Positions 18,057 to 26,800 of a stretch of 38,635 nt of DNA are shown piece by piece. Each line of letters begins with the position of its first letter. Within the stretch, counting starts at the first letter, position 1. Location of the stretch: positions 1 through 38,635 of the IMG/VR virus record IMGVR_UViG_3300028585_000536; one strand, given 5' to 3'. The notes beneath the pieces were generated by a model. The model was not told the DNA's origin. It saw nothing but the letters and a program-made list of their open reading frames with translations, and did not search any database. Made by a program: the position numbers and the translations under genes. Origin of the DNA: a virus (taxonomy: Duplodnaviria; Caudoviricetes).

Positions 18057-18643
18057 TCGGCCACGAAGGTAACGCCCGAGCACTGGTCCGCCTCCTACGA
18101 GACCGAGGCCAAGCCGCTGCCCGCCTCGTCGAAGTCGAAGCCGGACTTGAACCCGGCGTGATCGAAGTGCCCGCCCCGGACAACATTCACGCCACATGGG
18201 TCGACGTCGTTTCAAAGGGCCGTTTTCCTACGTGGATGGTCATGGCACGGGATACCCCGCTGCGCCGGACAGCCCGGGAAAGCGACCGTGACGGCGAGTA
18301 TGACGAAACCGAATGGCGGTATCCGTTCCTCATCGCGACCCACGTGGTGGGTGGACACGAGAACGACGTCGCCCTGCAGCGCTACCGTCTCATGCTCGTG
18401 GTCCGCACCATCCTGATCCAAGCCAAAGGTCTCATCAGGACACCTACCGAGCGGTCTGTCATTTACCTCGATGACATGCAAGAGATCGTCGGGGGCATGG
18501 CCGAGAACGGCGGCAAGTATCTGCTGGAGGGGCGGAATGAATTCCACATCACCAGCACCGAACGGACCCCGGCTATTCAGCCGTCCCTGGGACCGGTCGA
18601 AGGGTTCGCCACCGATGAAACGTTCCTGCCCGAAGAGCCCTGA
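18053..18643 (+). CDS. Putative tail terminator / completion protein
   Basis: AAGGAG RBS and ATGA overlap at 18053; synteny before the sheath gene. Confidence 0.65.
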   Translation: MIGHEGNARALVRLLRDRGQAAARLVEVEAGLEPGVIEVPAPDNIHATWVDVVSKGRFPTWMVMARDTPLRRTARESDRDGEYDETEWRYPFLIATHVVGGHENDVALQRYRLMLVVRTILIQAKGLIRTPTERSVIYLDDMQEIVGGMAENGGKYLLEGRNEFHITSTERTPAIQPSLGPVEGFATDETFLPEEP

Positions 18644-18647
18644 GGGA

Positions 18648-18682
18648 CCGTCCCACAAGCCTAGCCCGGTGGGCCACACGCT
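18648..18682 (+). promoter_or_regulatory. Phage late-promoter motif copy before the sheath operon (leaderless)
   Basis: CCGTCCCACA (G 18650), CACGCT at 18677, ATG at 18689. Confidence 0.75.
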
Positions 18683-18688
18683 GTGCCC

Positions 18689-19132
18689 ATGAGCGATTCA
18701 ATCCTGGTCCACAACCCGGGGCCGAACAGTCAGGTGTACACCTCCAACGGCAAGGTGCTGTCAGTCTTCAAGACCGCCGAAGCGCCGGCGGATGATCCTG
18801 TGACTGCCCGTCTGGTCGCAGCCGGTCGGCTCATTGTGTGCTCCGAACCCCAGACGATGGTCAAGGCCGATGACCGGCCCTGCAAAGAGACCATCACCAT
18901 GCCCGCCGACGACGGCGACACCAGCGCCACGCCTGCCGGGAACGCGACCCGTGAAGCGTGGTCCGACTACGCGGTCACTCAAGGCCTTGACCCCAGTGAA
19001 CTGGAACCGATGTCGCGCAACGAGATCCGTGATCTCTTCCTGTCCCCGCCCGAGGGCGGCGACACGTCCTCCGACCAGGCCACCGATACCGGTGTGTCCG
19101 AAACCCCTACTGAATCCGAGAAGGAGAAGTAA
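18689..19132 (+). CDS. Hypothetical protein preceding the tail sheath gene
   Basis: ORF behind the promoter motif; short helical C-terminal motif ATREAWSDYA...MSRNEIRDLF. Confidence 0.7.
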   Translation: MSDSILVHNPGPNSQVYTSNGKVLSVFKTAEAPADDPVTARLVAAGRLIVCSEPQTMVKADDRPCKETITMPADDGDTSATPAGNATREAWSDYAVTQGLDPSELEPMSRNEIRDLFLSPPEGGDTSSDQATDTGVSETPTESEKEK

Positions 19133-19135
19133 CCC

Positions 19136-20599
19136 ATGGCACAGCGCATTGGTGTCGAGGTCACCTCGGGCATCCGCAGTGGCCCTTCCAACACCGGAGC
19201 ACCCTCCGGTGTCCTCCACGTCGCCGGTCTCACCCAGCATGGCCCCGCTGATCAGGCGGTGACGATCCGCACGGTCGGAGAGTATGCGAGCGTCTTTGGC
19301 GATCGCACCCCCTACAGTGGGCCTCTGTTCGACACCGCCCGCATGTTCTTCGAGGAAGGCGGCGCAGAACTCCTGGTCTCCCGTGTCACGGGTCCTGCTG
19401 CTGCGACCGCCACCGTCGACATCGACGGGGCAGGGACAGACGCTCCAGCGGTCCTTCGGATCTCCGCAGCTGAACCCGGCGCATGGTCCAACAACTGGAC
19501 CGTCACCGTCGCTGAGGCCGACGACGGATCCACCTACAGTGTCGAAATCACAGACACCGCGGGTGAAACCCTCGCCCTGTGGCGTGGAATCACCGAGCTC
19601 TCCGAACTCGTGGGCCGGGCAGCTTCGAACCAGCTGGTGAAGGTGCAGACCCTCACCCAGGATCTGGAAGCCCGTCCTCTCGATGGCGAGTACAACCTCA
19701 CCGGCGGCTCCGACGACCGGGAGAACGTCACCACCGCTGAAGTCATCGCCGCTCTCGAGCGTGCAGGCCGTGAGGGTGAGGGCGGAGCGGTCGCGGTTCC
19801 TGGCTACCCAGCTGATCTGATCGGCGCGGCCCTGACCGACTATGCATCGCGGTCTCGGAAGATCGCGCTCCTGTCGCCACACCAGGACGCCGAACTGGTC
19901 GAGGTCGAACAGCTCGCCGGAGAAATCTCCGACACCCTGGACGGTTCCCGGGCCGGCCTGTTCTACCCTCACCTCGTCATCCCCGACGCTGGTGCCACCC
20001 GAATCGTCTCCCCTGAAGGTTTCGTCGCGGCTGTCCGTGCCCGTGCCTTCCGAGAAGGCGAGTTCTGGCGGGTGCCCGCAGGCTTGGAGAACGGCCGTGC
20101 GAACTGGATCACTGGGACCACCGTGCCGGTCAACGCCGAACTCCTCGACCGCCTCGATGCCTCACGGGTGAACGGGATCCAGACCTCCGGAGCCCGGGTG
20201 TGGCTGAACAACTGGTCATCCCTCGCAGATGACCCGGAGCACTTCGGTCTGCTCTCCAGCCGAGACACCCTGAACAACCTCAAGGTGCTCGTGAAGAACC
20301 GGCTAGAGAACTACGTGTGGCGCACCAATGACGGACGCGGTTTCCTCTTCGGAGAGATCGAGTCCGCCGTGGTCTCCATCCTTCACCCGATCTCACAGGC
20401 CGGTGGCTTCTACGCCGAGAGCAACAGTGAGAACGAGGAAGTCGACCCCGGATACACGGTGGTCGTGGACCGTTCCAACAACACCATCCCGCAGGTGGCT
20501 CGCAACGAGATCACGGTGGATGTCGCTGTCCGCCTGTCCCCGGTCGCGAAGCTGATCCGTGTGGAAATCGTCAAGGTCGCCATCGGCGCGGCCCTGTAA
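19136..20599 (+). CDS. Contractile tail sheath protein
   Basis: 487 aa; AGLTQHGPAD, FFEEGG, PGAWSN, FYPHL, SPEGFVAAVRARA, VPAG and VVDRSNNT...VAVRLSP. Confidence 0.93.
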   Translation: MAQRIGVEVTSGIRSGPSNTGAPSGVLHVAGLTQHGPADQAVTIRTVGEYASVFGDRTPYSGPLFDTARMFFEEGGAELLVSRVTGPAAATATVDIDGAGTDAPAVLRISAAEPGAWSNNWTVTVAEADDGSTYSVEITDTAGETLALWRGITELSELVGRAASNQLVKVQTLTQDLEARPLDGEYNLTGGSDDRENVTTAEVIAALERAGREGEGGAVAVPGYPADLIGAALTDYASRSRKIALLSPHQDAELVEVEQLAGEISDTLDGSRAGLFYPHLVIPDAGATRIVSPEGFVAAVRARAFREGEFWRVPAGLENGRANWITGTTVPVNAELLDRLDASRVNGIQTSGARVWLNNWSSLADDPEHFGLLSSRDTLNNLKVLVKNRLENYVWRTNDGRGFLFGEIESAVVSILHPISQAGGFYAESNSENEEVDPGYTVVVDRSNNTIPQVARNEITVDVAVRLSPVAKLIRVEIVKVAIGAAL

Positions 20600-20618
20600 C
20601 TGAGAGAGGAGCAGAACC

Positions 20619-21023
20619 ATGCCTAAAACCACACAGGGCCAGTACCGGGTCACCGTCCAGGGGATCCCTGGCACGTGGAACAAGTCAGGCGGCCAGATGG
20701 AACGGTCGCATGAGAACGACTTCGACGGCGGATCCCAGGTGTACGACATCCTCATGGGTCTCCCCACCTACAGCAACCTGACGCTGACGCGCACAAAGAA
20801 GACCGAGGACGAGGCGTGGCTCCGACAGTGGCGTAAGCGCAGCCCTGTCCGTCGGGCCAACATCACCGTCCAGGAGCTGGACGAGAACGGTGACCGGGTG
20901 GGCAAACCCCAGTCGTGGCCGGACTGCCCGCTGGTGGGTCTCAACGAGCCCGACTCCGAGGGCGGGTCGTCTTCTGCGGCGACCCTGACCCTGGTGTTCG
21001 GCACCACGGGCCCAGCGGTCTGA
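20619..21023 (+). CDS. Tail tube protein
   Basis: 134 aa directly after the sheath gene; YSNLTLTR and ITVQELDENG resemble gp19-like tubes. Confidence 0.85.
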   Translation: MPKTTQGQYRVTVQGIPGTWNKSGGQMERSHENDFDGGSQVYDILMGLPTYSNLTLTRTKKTEDEAWLRQWRKRSPVRRANITVQELDENGDRVGKPQSWPDCPLVGLNEPDSEGGSSSAATLTLVFGTTGPAV

Positions 21024-21026
21024 TAA

Positions 21027-21157
21027 ACCAGCCAGCCGCCTGACCCCGTCACTGCGGGGTCCGGTGTGTGTCGGGGTTGGGGAAGACCCTGACCACATGC
21101 CGTCGCGTGGCTGGTGAGTAGCTGCCTCCCCGTTTGTCTCGGGCGGGGGTGGTGCAG
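21027..21157 (+). ncRNA. Candidate structured RNA element or complex terminator after the tube gene
   Basis: ACCAGCCA/TGGCTGGT closing stem encloses two hairpins, followed by a third hairpin. Mismatches are mostly G-U on the + strand. Confidence 0.45.
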
Positions 21158-21199
21158 AAAAGACGTGTGGGGCGGTTCAGGATCTGGTGCGGTCCTGGG

Positions 21200-21234
21200 C
21201 CGTCCCACACTCACGTCCGGCGTCGACACATCCT
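21200..21234 (+). promoter_or_regulatory. Phage late-promoter motif copy before the tail assembly chaperone
   Basis: CCGTCCCACA (G 21202) and CATCCT at 21229. Confidence 0.72.
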
Positions 21235-21300
21235 GTGAGCACCAGGACCCAAACGGGACTGATGCACCGAGACAAGCACAGGAAGGACGTGGCACCCGTC

Positions 21301-21876
21301 ATGTCAGAACAGCCCACCTACGGCACCCTCGACGAGACCGAAAAGAACATCCCGAGCGAGCTCCCGGAGACAGGTGAGAACGCACCTAAGCCGCTGAGCA
21401 TCCTCGAGCAGATGCGCGCCGACATCGAGGAAGAACTCGAAGATGAACTCGACGAGGTCAAGAACTGGGATGTCCCGGCACGTCCCCGGTACAAGCTGAA
21501 GTTCAACACCTACCTCGACGGCGAGCGGTTCGTTGAGCTCCGCGAAGCTGCCACCACCGCCACCCAGAACCGCAAAGCTCGCCGCTCGGGTGAGCCAGGA
21601 AAGTTCGACGGGCGCAAGTTCGCGCTGAGCCTGATCCGGGAACTCACTGCGGGCATCATCTTCGACGGCAACGCCGTTCACCTCGGATCGGGTCAGCCCC
21701 TCACCCTCACTGATCGGGAGTTCCTCGACATCGTCAAGGGCACCAAGTACGGGGAGAACGTCCACACCATCAACCATGCCATCGAGAAGTTCCTTACCCC
21801 CGGCTACCTGATCGCGATGGGTGACTCACTCGTCGAGGCCTGTGGCTACACCGTGGAGGCGAACCCAAATTCTTGA
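21301..21876 (+). CDS. Tail assembly chaperone (gpG-like)
   Basis: Between tube and tape measure genes; ends at a slippery site. Start is ATG 21301 or GTG 21289. Confidence 0.8.
   Translation: MSEQPTYGTLDETEKNIPSELPETGENAPKPLSILEQMRADIEEELEDELDEVKNWDVPARPRYKLKFNTYLDGERFVELREAATTATQNRKARRSGEPGKFDGRKFALSLIRELTAGIIFDGNAVHLGSGQPLTLTDREFLDIVKGTKYGENVHTINHAIEKFLTPGYLIAMGDSLVEACGYTVEANPNS
21864..21870 (+). other. Programmed -1 ribosomal frameshift site C CCA AAT
   Basis: X XXY YYZ heptamer in the correct phase; the -1 frame runs into ORF 21873-22082. Confidence 0.8.
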
Positions 21877-22082
21877 CCGACCTGGTTGCCCGTCTCCGCT
21901 CCGACCCCCGGATGCGGGAAGCGGTCAACGTCTCACAGATCCTCCGATTGGACCCGATCGCGGTCCTTGAGGAAACGGACACGTGGAGACGGGCAGCCAG
22001 GCTCGCAGCCATCGAAATGGTCGCTCAAGACCGTGAAGAAGCACGACACAAACAGGAGCAAGCCGCCAAGAACCGGCGGTGA
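21873..22082 (+). CDS. Frameshift extension of the tail assembly chaperone (gpGT-like C-terminus)
   Basis: -1 frame relative to the chaperone, no convincing RBS of its own, ends just before the tape measure gene. Confidence 0.75.
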   Translation: MTDLVARLRSDPRMREAVNVSQILRLDPIAVLEETDTWRRAARLAAIEMVAQDREEARHKQEQAAKNRR

Positions 22083-22106
22083 TCCATAGGGAGGGGAGGT
22101 CGGCAG

Positions 22107-25100
22107 GTGGCTGAAGAACGGATCGTTCTCGTCGCGGAGATGCGCGACGAAGCCACCGCCGACCTCGACCGTTTCAACCGGAAGCTCGAAGAGACCGGCA
22201 AGTCAGCCGAAGAGTCCAACCGCAAGGTCTCCCAGTCCGCTGCGTCAACATCGAAGGGCGTAGCTCAGCAGACCGGGGCCATGCAGAAGGCCTATGGGCA
22301 GCTTGACTCCACCGTGAGCCAGTCAGGTTCGACGATGGCCTCAGCGGCCGCTGGCCTGGACCAGGTGGGTGGTTCCGCTGAGGGTGCAGCCCAGCGAGCC
22401 TCGTCCTCTAGCGATGCGCTTTACCGTCTTTCCGGGGGGCTCTCAGGCGCGGCTCCTGCAGCCGAAGGTGCCGCTGCTGGGCTCGACCAATTAGGCGGAG
22501 CAGCTGAGGGTGCCGCTGTCCAAGCCTCCGCGTCAAGCGAGGCTCTCTACCGACTTACGGGTGGACTGTCCGGCGCTCGTCCTGCCGCTGACAGCGTCGC
22601 GGCAGGGCTGGACCATGTCGGCGCCTCAGCAGACGGTGCGGGGAGGCAGACCGCAGCGTCCTTTGAAGCGATGGAGTTCTCCGCCACGGAACTCGACAGC
22701 GCCCTCTTCGGCATAGAGAACAGCTTCACCCAGGCGGACACCAGCGCACGGGGCCTGCTTGAGAACGCCGCCGCCATGAAGGACGAGTTCAGCCAAGTTG
22801 GCGTTGCCCTCGGCGTGGTTGGCGGTGCGACAGTCGCGGCGACCGGGTATGTCCTTCAAGCGGGAATCGCCTACAACACTCTGCAGCAGGTCTCCGGTCG
22901 GGCCATGGAAACGATGACCGGCTCAGCGGAGACCGCCGCGGCGCAGATGCAGCGGCTCCACGAGTTCGCGGACAACAGCCCGTACGCCCGTGACACCTGG
23001 ATCACCGCACAGCAGCAGCTGATGGCCTTCGGCATGGAAGGCACCCGCGTCATCCCCACCATGGAGGGGATCCAGAACGCGGTCGCCGCCATGGGCGGTG
23101 GTGACCAGGAGATCATGCAGCTGGTCGACATCCTCGGCACCGTCGAGGGTCAAGGGAAGATGACTGGTGCGGAGCTGCAGCGTCTGGGGCAGATGGGTGT
23201 CAATGCCGCCGACATCATCGGCGAATCCATGGGCATGTCCGGGAACGAAATCAGGGAACAGATCTCCGACGGGGCACTCGACGCCGGGACCGCGATCACA
23301 GCACTCACCGAGGGAATGAACACCCGCTTCGCAGGTTCCGCTGAAGGTCTCCGAGACACCTACGAGGGCGCACTAGACCGAATCCGGGCACGTGTTCGTG
23401 ACTTCGGTTCAGTCCTTGCAGCGCCCCTAGTCGACCCTAACGGTGGCGGTTTCCTCGTCGCGGGCATCAACCAAGCCGCAGACTTCGGATCTGCGCTACT
23501 CGAGCTACCTGCCCCGCTGCTTCAAATCGCCGGTCTAGGTATCGGCGCCGCAGGTGGCATCAGCCTCATCGGATCCGCCATCGTCCTGGCAGCCCCACAC
23601 CTCCTAGCCTTCGGCGGGGCGGTGAAAACCACCTGGACCACTCTCTATGACTTCGCCAGCGGCGCATCCAGCGTCGCCGGCGGGCTCCGCCGTATCGGCA
23701 TCGCGGCCGGTATCGCCGGAGCTGCCTTCATCGGCCTGAAAATCATCGGTGCCATCGTCGAGGACTCTGACGACTTCGCAGCCAGCGCCTCCGATATGGG
23801 CAAAGAACTCCGGGCGGCCGCATCCGGGGCTGAGGCCTTCACCAACATCCAGTGGTCACGGGCCGAAACCGGACCCCAAAGCCTCACCGAAACGATGGAG
23901 CGCCTGGGCAGCGACACCCTGACCCACCGGATCGAAGACGGCATGAACCGGATGTTCCACAGCGCCTTCGGAATCTCCGGCGAGGTCACCGACCTGGACG
24001 CGAATATCGCGAACCTCGATGAGTCCCTGACCTCGGCCTTCACCGGTGGCCGGTTTGATGAGGTCGCCGCTGGATTCGGGGAAATCAAAGCCGCTCAGGA
24101 GGAACTCGATCTCTCCGCAGATCAGGTCCTGGAGATGTACCCCCAGGTCGCCGAGGCGATCCGGGGTGCAGCCCACGAAGCGGGTTACGCCGCGAGCAGT
24201 CAAGAGATTCTGGCGATCGCCACGGATCAATCTGCCATGGCCGCGCTTGATGCGGGCGCAGCATGGGACGTTGTGGCGGATGCCGCGGCCAACGCTGGTG
24301 AAGGTTCTCGCGGAATCAATGACGTGCTCCGAGAGCAGGCCGAATTGTCCGAGGCTGCCGCGTCGTCACTAGGCGAGATCGTGGACATGTACTTCCAGCT
24401 GGGAATCATCCAGCTCGACGCCTCCGAAGCGCTGATGACCTACAACGAGCGGGTGAACGAGCTCACCACGTCCATTGATGAGAACGGTAACTCCATGAAT
24501 CGGTACACCGGTGCCGGTATGGAGAACCAGCGGGCATTCCGCGCCGTCGGTGACGCTGCCCGCGACTTGGCTCAGGCCAACATCGAAGCGGGAGACTCAG
24601 CAGACTCTGTCACGGCAGGTCTGATGGGAACCTACGATCAGCTCTACAAAACCGCACTCGCAATGACTGGTAGCGAAAGCCAGGCACGAGACTACGCTGC
24701 CTCGTTCATGGCAATCCCCGAGGAGTACCGGACCGATGTCGAGGCGTACTTCAACGACTTCGCCACCGCGGGTGTCCAGTCACTTGGTGATGCCACTGCT
24801 GCGCTGCCGACGTACAACGAGATCTGGTTCGAAGCCCAGACCGAGGACGCCCAGTCGGCGATCACGGCTCTTGAGTCTGACGATCTCGGCGCCATGGTCA
24901 AGATCACGGGTGACACCGAAATGGCGGAGATGGTGATGGAGAACTTCACCTCCCAGGACCATGAAGTTCTGGCCCGGATCTTCAGTGACGCTGGTCCCGC
25001 TGAGCGGACTGTCTTTGACTTCACGTCCGGGGAGTACATCGCCCGTGCCGACATCGATGGGAACACCTCGCCTGCGAATCAGGCGATGGCCGCGTTCCTT

Positions 25101-25937
25101 AATGGGGACCACCGGGCGGTTGCGCGGATCACTGGTCGGGACTCTGAGGCGCGAGCCACCATGTCTGCCTTCCAGAATGGGTATTACCCAACCACCGCGA
25201 GGATTGTGGGTAACGATGCTTCTGCCCGCGGCACCATTAATAGCCTGACCGCTACTCCGTGGCGTACGAGCATTACGGCCAGCGCGCTCACGGGTGGGGC
25301 CGAAGCAGCGTTGAACCACGCGGCGCGTAACCGGTCGAGCACGATCACTCAGGTCGTCCAGCGTTCGAACCTGCTCACCAACGTCTCCCCCGGCGGACCA
25401 ACCCTGGGAGGCGGCTTCCGTGGAGGCCAGATTGGGAACCTCCCCACGCGAGCCAATGGTGGCCGGCTGCCTTACACGGGCCTTGGCACCGACATGATCG
25501 TCGGCGTCAACGCGGCCGGGATGCCACTGGCTCGGGTCGACGACGGCGAATGGGTCATCAACCAGCGCTCGAGCGGAAAGTATGACCGGCTACTCGCAGC
25601 GGTGAACCGGGATGATCCGTCGATCCACGCACTGGCTGGTCTGGCTGGTGGTGGTGTCGCCGGGCTGGTGGCAGCCATGGAAGCTGGCGGCAACATCGTG
25701 CCTGACAGCCCTGCGGAGCTGTTTGATCGGTCCACCTACAGTCCGGTCCTGAAGCTGCCAGTCACCGCGGGTAGTGGTGGCCGAAGCTCATCGGGCACGT
25801 CGCAGAGCACTGTGGTTCAGGCAGGTGCCGTGCAGATCACCATTGACGGTTCCGGTCAGTCCGTGGAGAGCATTCGGGAAGAGGTCCGGGAAGAGATTGA
25901 GGAGTTCTTTGAGGAACTCCAGAGGAGGGCGTACTGA
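22107..25937 (+). CDS. Tape measure protein
   Basis: 1276 aa, Ala-rich; tape_meas-like block (FADNSPY...QLMAFG...GKMTGAELQRL), central hydrophobic segments and internal repeats. Confidence 0.95.
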   Translation: MAEERIVLVAEMRDEATADLDRFNRKLEETGKSAEESNRKVSQSAASTSKGVAQQTGAMQKAYGQLDSTVSQSGSTMASAAAGLDQVGGSAEGAAQRASSSSDALYRLSGGLSGAAPAAEGAAAGLDQLGGAAEGAAVQASASSEALYRLTGGLSGARPAADSVAAGLDHVGASADGAGRQTAASFEAMEFSATELDSALFGIENSFTQADTSARGLLENAAAMKDEFSQVGVALGVVGGATVAATGYVLQAGIAYNTLQQVSGRAMETMTGSAETAAAQMQRLHEFADNSPYARDTWITAQQQLMAFGMEGTRVIPTMEGIQNAVAAMGGGDQEIMQLVDILGTVEGQGKMTGAELQRLGQMGVNAADIIGESMGMSGNEIREQISDGALDAGTAITALTEGMNTRFAGSAEGLRDTYEGALDRIRARVRDFGSVLAAPLVDPNGGGFLVAGINQAADFGSALLELPAPLLQIAGLGIGAAGGISLIGSAIVLAAPHLLAFGGAVKTTWTTLYDFASGASSVAGGLRRIGIAAGIAGAAFIGLKIIGAIVEDSDDFAASASDMGKELRAAASGAEAFTNIQWSRAETGPQSLTETMERLGSDTLTHRIEDGMNRMFHSAFGISGEVTDLDANIANLDESLTSAFTGGRFDEVAAGFGEIKAAQEELDLSADQVLEMYPQVAEAIRGAAHEAGYAASSQEILAIATDQSAMAALDAGAAWDVVADAAANAGEGSRGINDVLREQAELSEAAASSLGEIVDMYFQLGIIQLDASEALMTYNERVNELTTSIDENGNSMNRYTGAGMENQRAFRAVGDAARDLAQANIEAGDSADSVTAGLMGTYDQLYKTALAMTGSESQARDYAASFMAIPEEYRTDVEAYFNDFATAGVQSLGDATAALPTYNEIWFEAQTEDAQSAITALESDDLGAMVKITGDTEMAEMVMENFTSQDHEVLARIFSDAGPAERTVFDFTSGEYIARADIDGNTSPANQAMAAFLNGDHRAVARITGRDSEARATMSAFQNGYYPTTARIVGNDASARGTINSLTATPWRTSITASALTGGAEAALNHAARNRSSTITQVVQRSNLLTNVSPGGPTLGGGFRGGQIGNLPTRANGGRLPYTGLGTDMIVGVNAAGMPLARVDDGEWVINQRSSGKYDRLLAAVNRDDPSIHALAGLAGGGVAGLVAAMEAGGNIVPDSPAELFDRSTYSPVLKLPVTAGSGGRSSSGTSQSTVVQAGAVQITIDGSGQSVESIREEVREEIEEFFEELQRRAY
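22344..22660 (+). repeat. 126-bp (42-aa) tandem repeat, about 2.5 copies, in the tape measure N-terminus
   Basis: AAAGLDQVGG / AAAGLDQLGG / VAAGLDHVGA start at 22344, 22470 and 22596. Confidence 0.85.
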
Positions 25938-26590
25938 TGGCGCAGGTTCGTGTGATTGGTGGCCGGCGTCGTTCCCGTGAAGTCACGGTACAAACGTCCG
26001 GTGGTGCGAAGCGGCGCCTGTTGAAGACTCCAAATGAGTTCACCTTCTCCCAGACCGCGCCTATCGCTGAGGTCGAGAGGGCCGGTCGGAAAGCCCTGAC
26101 GCGTGTGGAGGGTGAGGACAATAAGCGGATCAAGTTCTCCCACCTGCTGGCCTACCCGGACCCTTCCAAGAGCGTGCAGGCAGACGTGGATTGGCTCCGT
26201 GCCAGGGCACGGAATGGTGACCGAGTGAAGTTCACTGGCATGCCTCCGGAATTCGCTGGCTGGTGGTTCATCGTCAGCCTCGAAGTCGATGTGCAGCTCA
26301 TGACACCGGCTCACCGGATCGCCCGTGCCGAGCTCTCCTGGCAGTTGGTGGAGGCCGTGGACCACGCGGCACGTGTCCGGTCAATCAAGGCGCCTCCCAA
26401 GAGTCAGCCGTCCCGGAGTCCGGTGCGACGGACCCACACGGTGAAGTCCGGGGACACTCTCAGCCACATCGCCCTGCGCTACCTGGGCAAGGCGACCAGG
26501 TGGCCCGAAATCTATCGACTCAACAAGTCCAGAATCCGCAACCCGAATCTCATCTTTCCCGGGCAGACGTTCAAGATCCCGCCGAAATGA
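25937..26590 (+). CDS. LysM-domain baseplate / tube-initiator protein
   Basis: C-terminal LysM: HTVKSGDTLSHIALRYLG...NPNLIFPGQTFKIP; follows the tape measure gene as in myoviruses. Confidence 0.9.
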   Translation: MAQVRVIGGRRRSREVTVQTSGGAKRRLLKTPNEFTFSQTAPIAEVERAGRKALTRVEGEDNKRIKFSHLLAYPDPSKSVQADVDWLRARARNGDRVKFTGMPPEFAGWWFIVSLEVDVQLMTPAHRIARAELSWQLVEAVDHAARVRSIKAPPKSQPSRSPVRRTHTVKSGDTLSHIALRYLGKATRWPEIYRLNKSRIRNPNLIFPGQTFKIPPK

Positions 26591-26645
26591 CCTCGTTGGA
26601 GTTACTTTAAACGAAGCGACGATAGCTAAGAATTCGCCTGAAGTG

Positions 26646-26674
26646 TTCACATTTATCAATGAAACAGCTATTTT
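26646..26674 (+). promoter_or_regulatory. Putative SigA-type promoter TTCACA-17-TATTTT
   Basis: Exact 17-bp spacing within an AT-rich intergenic patch. Confidence 0.5.
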
Positions 26675-26681
26675 GTTCTGT

Positions 26682-26746
26682 ACCGGCACTCCCTGAAGTG
26701 TCGGTCGTGACCCCGGACGGCTTTCACCGTCGCGGGGTCTTCCCTT
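26682..26746 (+). ncRNA. Candidate small RNA of about 65 nt (two hairpins, the second terminator-like)
   Basis: ACCGGCACT/AGTGTCGGT stem, then GACCCCG-GACGG/CCGTC-G-CGGGGTC stem followed by TTCCCTT; begins 7 nt after the -10 box. Confidence 0.45.
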
Positions 26747-26760
26747 GGAAACTAGTCTCG

Positions 26761-26794
26761 GTCCCCCTATCCGTGCGCTGGACGGGGATAGCTT
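26761..26794 (+). promoter_or_regulatory. Phage late-promoter motif variant before the baseplate hub gene (leaderless)
   Basis: GTCCCCCT at 26761, TAGCTT at 26789 (+28), ATG at 26801 (+40). Confidence 0.6.
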
Positions 26795-26800
26795 GCGGAT

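Noticed and set aside
21037-21066. CCCCG-loop-GCGGGG hairpin resembling a type I-E CRISPR repeat (solitary repeat / RNA anti-CRISPR idea); similar stem at 26709-26739
   Set aside because: No array or spacers, the flanks do not match a repeat consensus, and such GC stems are common in actinobacterial terminators. Only a comparison with host repeats could revive this
8464-25319. Many long antisense or alternate-frame ORFs (e.g. 8464-9279, 9811-10638, 13309-14103, 14670-15527, 18761-19972)
   Set aside because: They are shadows of high-GC3 genes on the opposite strand, with no motifs or translation signals
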